Assembly (NCBI GenBank): GCA_973895155.1
Contig: OZ316892.1
Coordinates: forward strand, 28,898,932-28,962,931
Length of the DNA stretch: 64,000 nt
Reading direction: 5' to 3'
From: Marsupella aquatica
Taxonomy: Eukaryota; Plantae; Marchantiophyta
Shown here: positions 62,106 to 64,000 of the stretch, one piece after another
Layout: the number at the start of each line of letters is the position of its first letter
Numbering within the stretch: position 1 is the first letter of the stretch
Program-made: the position numbers and the translations under genes
The notes under the pieces: model-generated
Told to the model about the DNA's origin: nothing
What the model saw: the letters and a program-made list of their open reading frames with translations, nothing else
Database searches by the model: none

Positions 62106-62858
62106 CTAGCCCCTATTACCCCCCGTTCGAATAGAGGGGAGTAAAATAAAAATATCACCAAAAGATATATTTTATTCACATTTGAATGATAAGAAAAATT
62201 TAGTCACATTAAAAAATTCATCATGTATATCATCATTTCAATAATTTTTAACAATGGGATCCAGTCTGCTTTTGTCCTTAGTCCCAATACAAAAAAATTA
62301 TTGGGCGGGAAAAATTCACAACTGTTGATTTCCCTGACCATTGATGAATTTCCCTGACCATTGATGAAAAAAATGTGCATCCCTGACACACATGTGCTTC
62401 CAGCTGCCCATAAATGCCCCTACCCGACTCCCTATGGGCCAGCCCTTGCACACTGCAACTTACTGGCATAGGGTTCCTCATACATAACATACCATACTCT
62501 TTTCTAGGCACATTTTTCTTTCATGTTTTCTTTGAATGGGGCCCTTTCCCCTCTTTTACTCCCCTTCATTGGGTTGCTTTGCCTTTGGGATCTTGTCTCC
62601 CTTTCAGAGTTTACTCCCCTTGGGCAATATATATATATTATATATATATATGCACATATGTTATGGTGGGGACATAGAACCCATTTTTTTAATGCAAATA
62701 GAAATCATGACAAAACGCATGCATGATTATCATTTGACATATATCATAGTCATGAGTTTTCTTATCCACATGATGAGCCATGGAGTTACCGTCTAGAGAC
62801 TTTACTCTAGAAGCCAAGGCCACAAATCTAGCTTGTAGTTGACGCTTTATAAATAAGA
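62106..62858 (-). mobile_element. Intact 753-bp non-autonomous Helitron
   Basis: On the minus strand A|TCTTATTTATAAA ... imperfect GC hairpin (tactcccctctattcgaacggggggta) ... ataggggCTAG|T, inserted at an AT site without TSD. Homologous to 21630-22076. Confidence 0.82.
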
Positions 62859-62896
62859 TTAAAACTAACCTCATTACCCATTTCGTGAGTGTAACA

Positions 62897-63189
62897 TGTT
62901 GGGGATAATCCTTATCTCAAGACACCATGCACATGTGAACACCATACAAAGTAGTCGACACAACGAGTACGTGATTTACCTCACGTCTGAGGCTACGTCC
63001 ACGGGAAAACAAGAGACCTTTACTTCTCTCTTGCTCCATTCCAACAATGAGCTGAAGATCCACCAGGGACTGGCACCAGTCCTGGCTTTATACACAACAT
63101 CACTACCGCTAACCTTAGCTAAGTCTTAACCTGAGTTAGACTAACTACGGTTAGCTACAGAGTCACAAGACTAAGAGCAATATCTAACA
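62897..63189 (-). repeat. 3' LTR (293 bp) of Ty1/copia element
   Basis: TGTT...AACA termini; preceded on the minus strand by polypurine tract AAGGGGGAGT (63200-63191); TATA-like tatataaag inside. Confidence 0.82.
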
Positions 63190-64000
63190 AACTCCCCCTT
63201 GACTCAACGTTCTCACAACACCATCAAACATCTGAAATCTTACAGATCCAAGTCCAACAATTTGACATGGGATTCCATTTCCCATCAACACTGACCCGTT
63301 GGAAACCGTGTAAGAACTGAAAAAATGTCTCCTAGAGTAAATATGAAAAGTACATGCACTATCTAGAATCCAATCATCACTACCTGGATTTGACACTACG
63401 TTGAGAGCAAAACCTTGGCATCACAATATGTCATCATCGTTGAGTAAATCCACCTCATGCTAGCTTGATGCCGCGTTAGCAGATGCAGTAGGGACCTTTA
63501 CTCAACAATCCCTTTTCATGTGGCCAGGCTTGCCACAATTCCAACATGCAAGAGGCTTCCTCTCTTGCGATTTCCCTCTGGATTTAGATCTCCCCCGTGA
63601 TGTGGATCTAAACCTGTTCTGCCCATTCGTGTGCTGTGCTGCTCTTCCACGATTCACGTTCAACGCAGTGCCAGAAGAAGATGCTGTCTGTGATTGATCC
63701 AGCTTCTTCTGAGCATCATCAGACAGTAAAGAGCTCACCACCTCATTATACGAAATGGACTTCAGATCTTTGTACAAGAGCACCTGTTTCAAGCCCTGAT
63801 ATGACAACGGTAAGGAGCTTAGCAGAAGCAAGGCCTTATCCTCATCTTCAACTCCTTTTCCCAGGTTTGACAGATCTACCGCTAGACTGTCAAATTCATC
63901 CAGGTGATCCTGCATCTTGCTTCCTTCTTTGAGCCTGAGGCTCATCAAGAGAGACTTCTTGTACAGCCAGTTTGACGCATCTTCCCGGTAGTACTTTTCT
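62897..64000 (-). mobile_element. Ty1/copia LTR retrotransposon, gag + protease only (internally deleted), continues beyond window
   Basis: UBN2/gag region (HLDEFDSLAVDLSNLG..EDEDKALLLLSSLP), zinc knuckle CWNCGKPGHMKRDC and protease WILDSACTFHI. FDGVVRTL is joined directly to the PPT. In-frame stops are present. Confidence 0.9.

Overview
Eukaryotic land-plant nuclear DNA, with intron-containing genes separated by repeat-rich spacers. A bryophyte such as a liverwort is plausible, but that is inference. Genes, in order: Lhca4 PSI antenna (+); HSBP heat-shock-factor-binding protein (-), containing a U12-type AT-AC intron; an intronless secreted protein made of five ~50-aa 'WVARHGMT..YQ..F....QGY...V[SN]GY....Y.AIW' repeats otherwise known from bacteria and fungal polyglycine hydrolases (+; horizontal-transfer candidate and the most unusual item here); a SET-domain methyltransferase (+); a C3HC4 RING E3 ligase (+); an RLCK-type pseudokinase with a long repetitive tail (-); and ARP5 (-). 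Mobile DNA includes a three-level nest (non-autonomous Helitron > L1-like LINE with 13-bp TSD > 246-bp MITE with 8-bp TSD), a second intact Helitron copy, an internally deleted Ty1/copia element at the right edge, and several dispersed and tandem repeat families. Exon models were read by eye, and no database searches were run.
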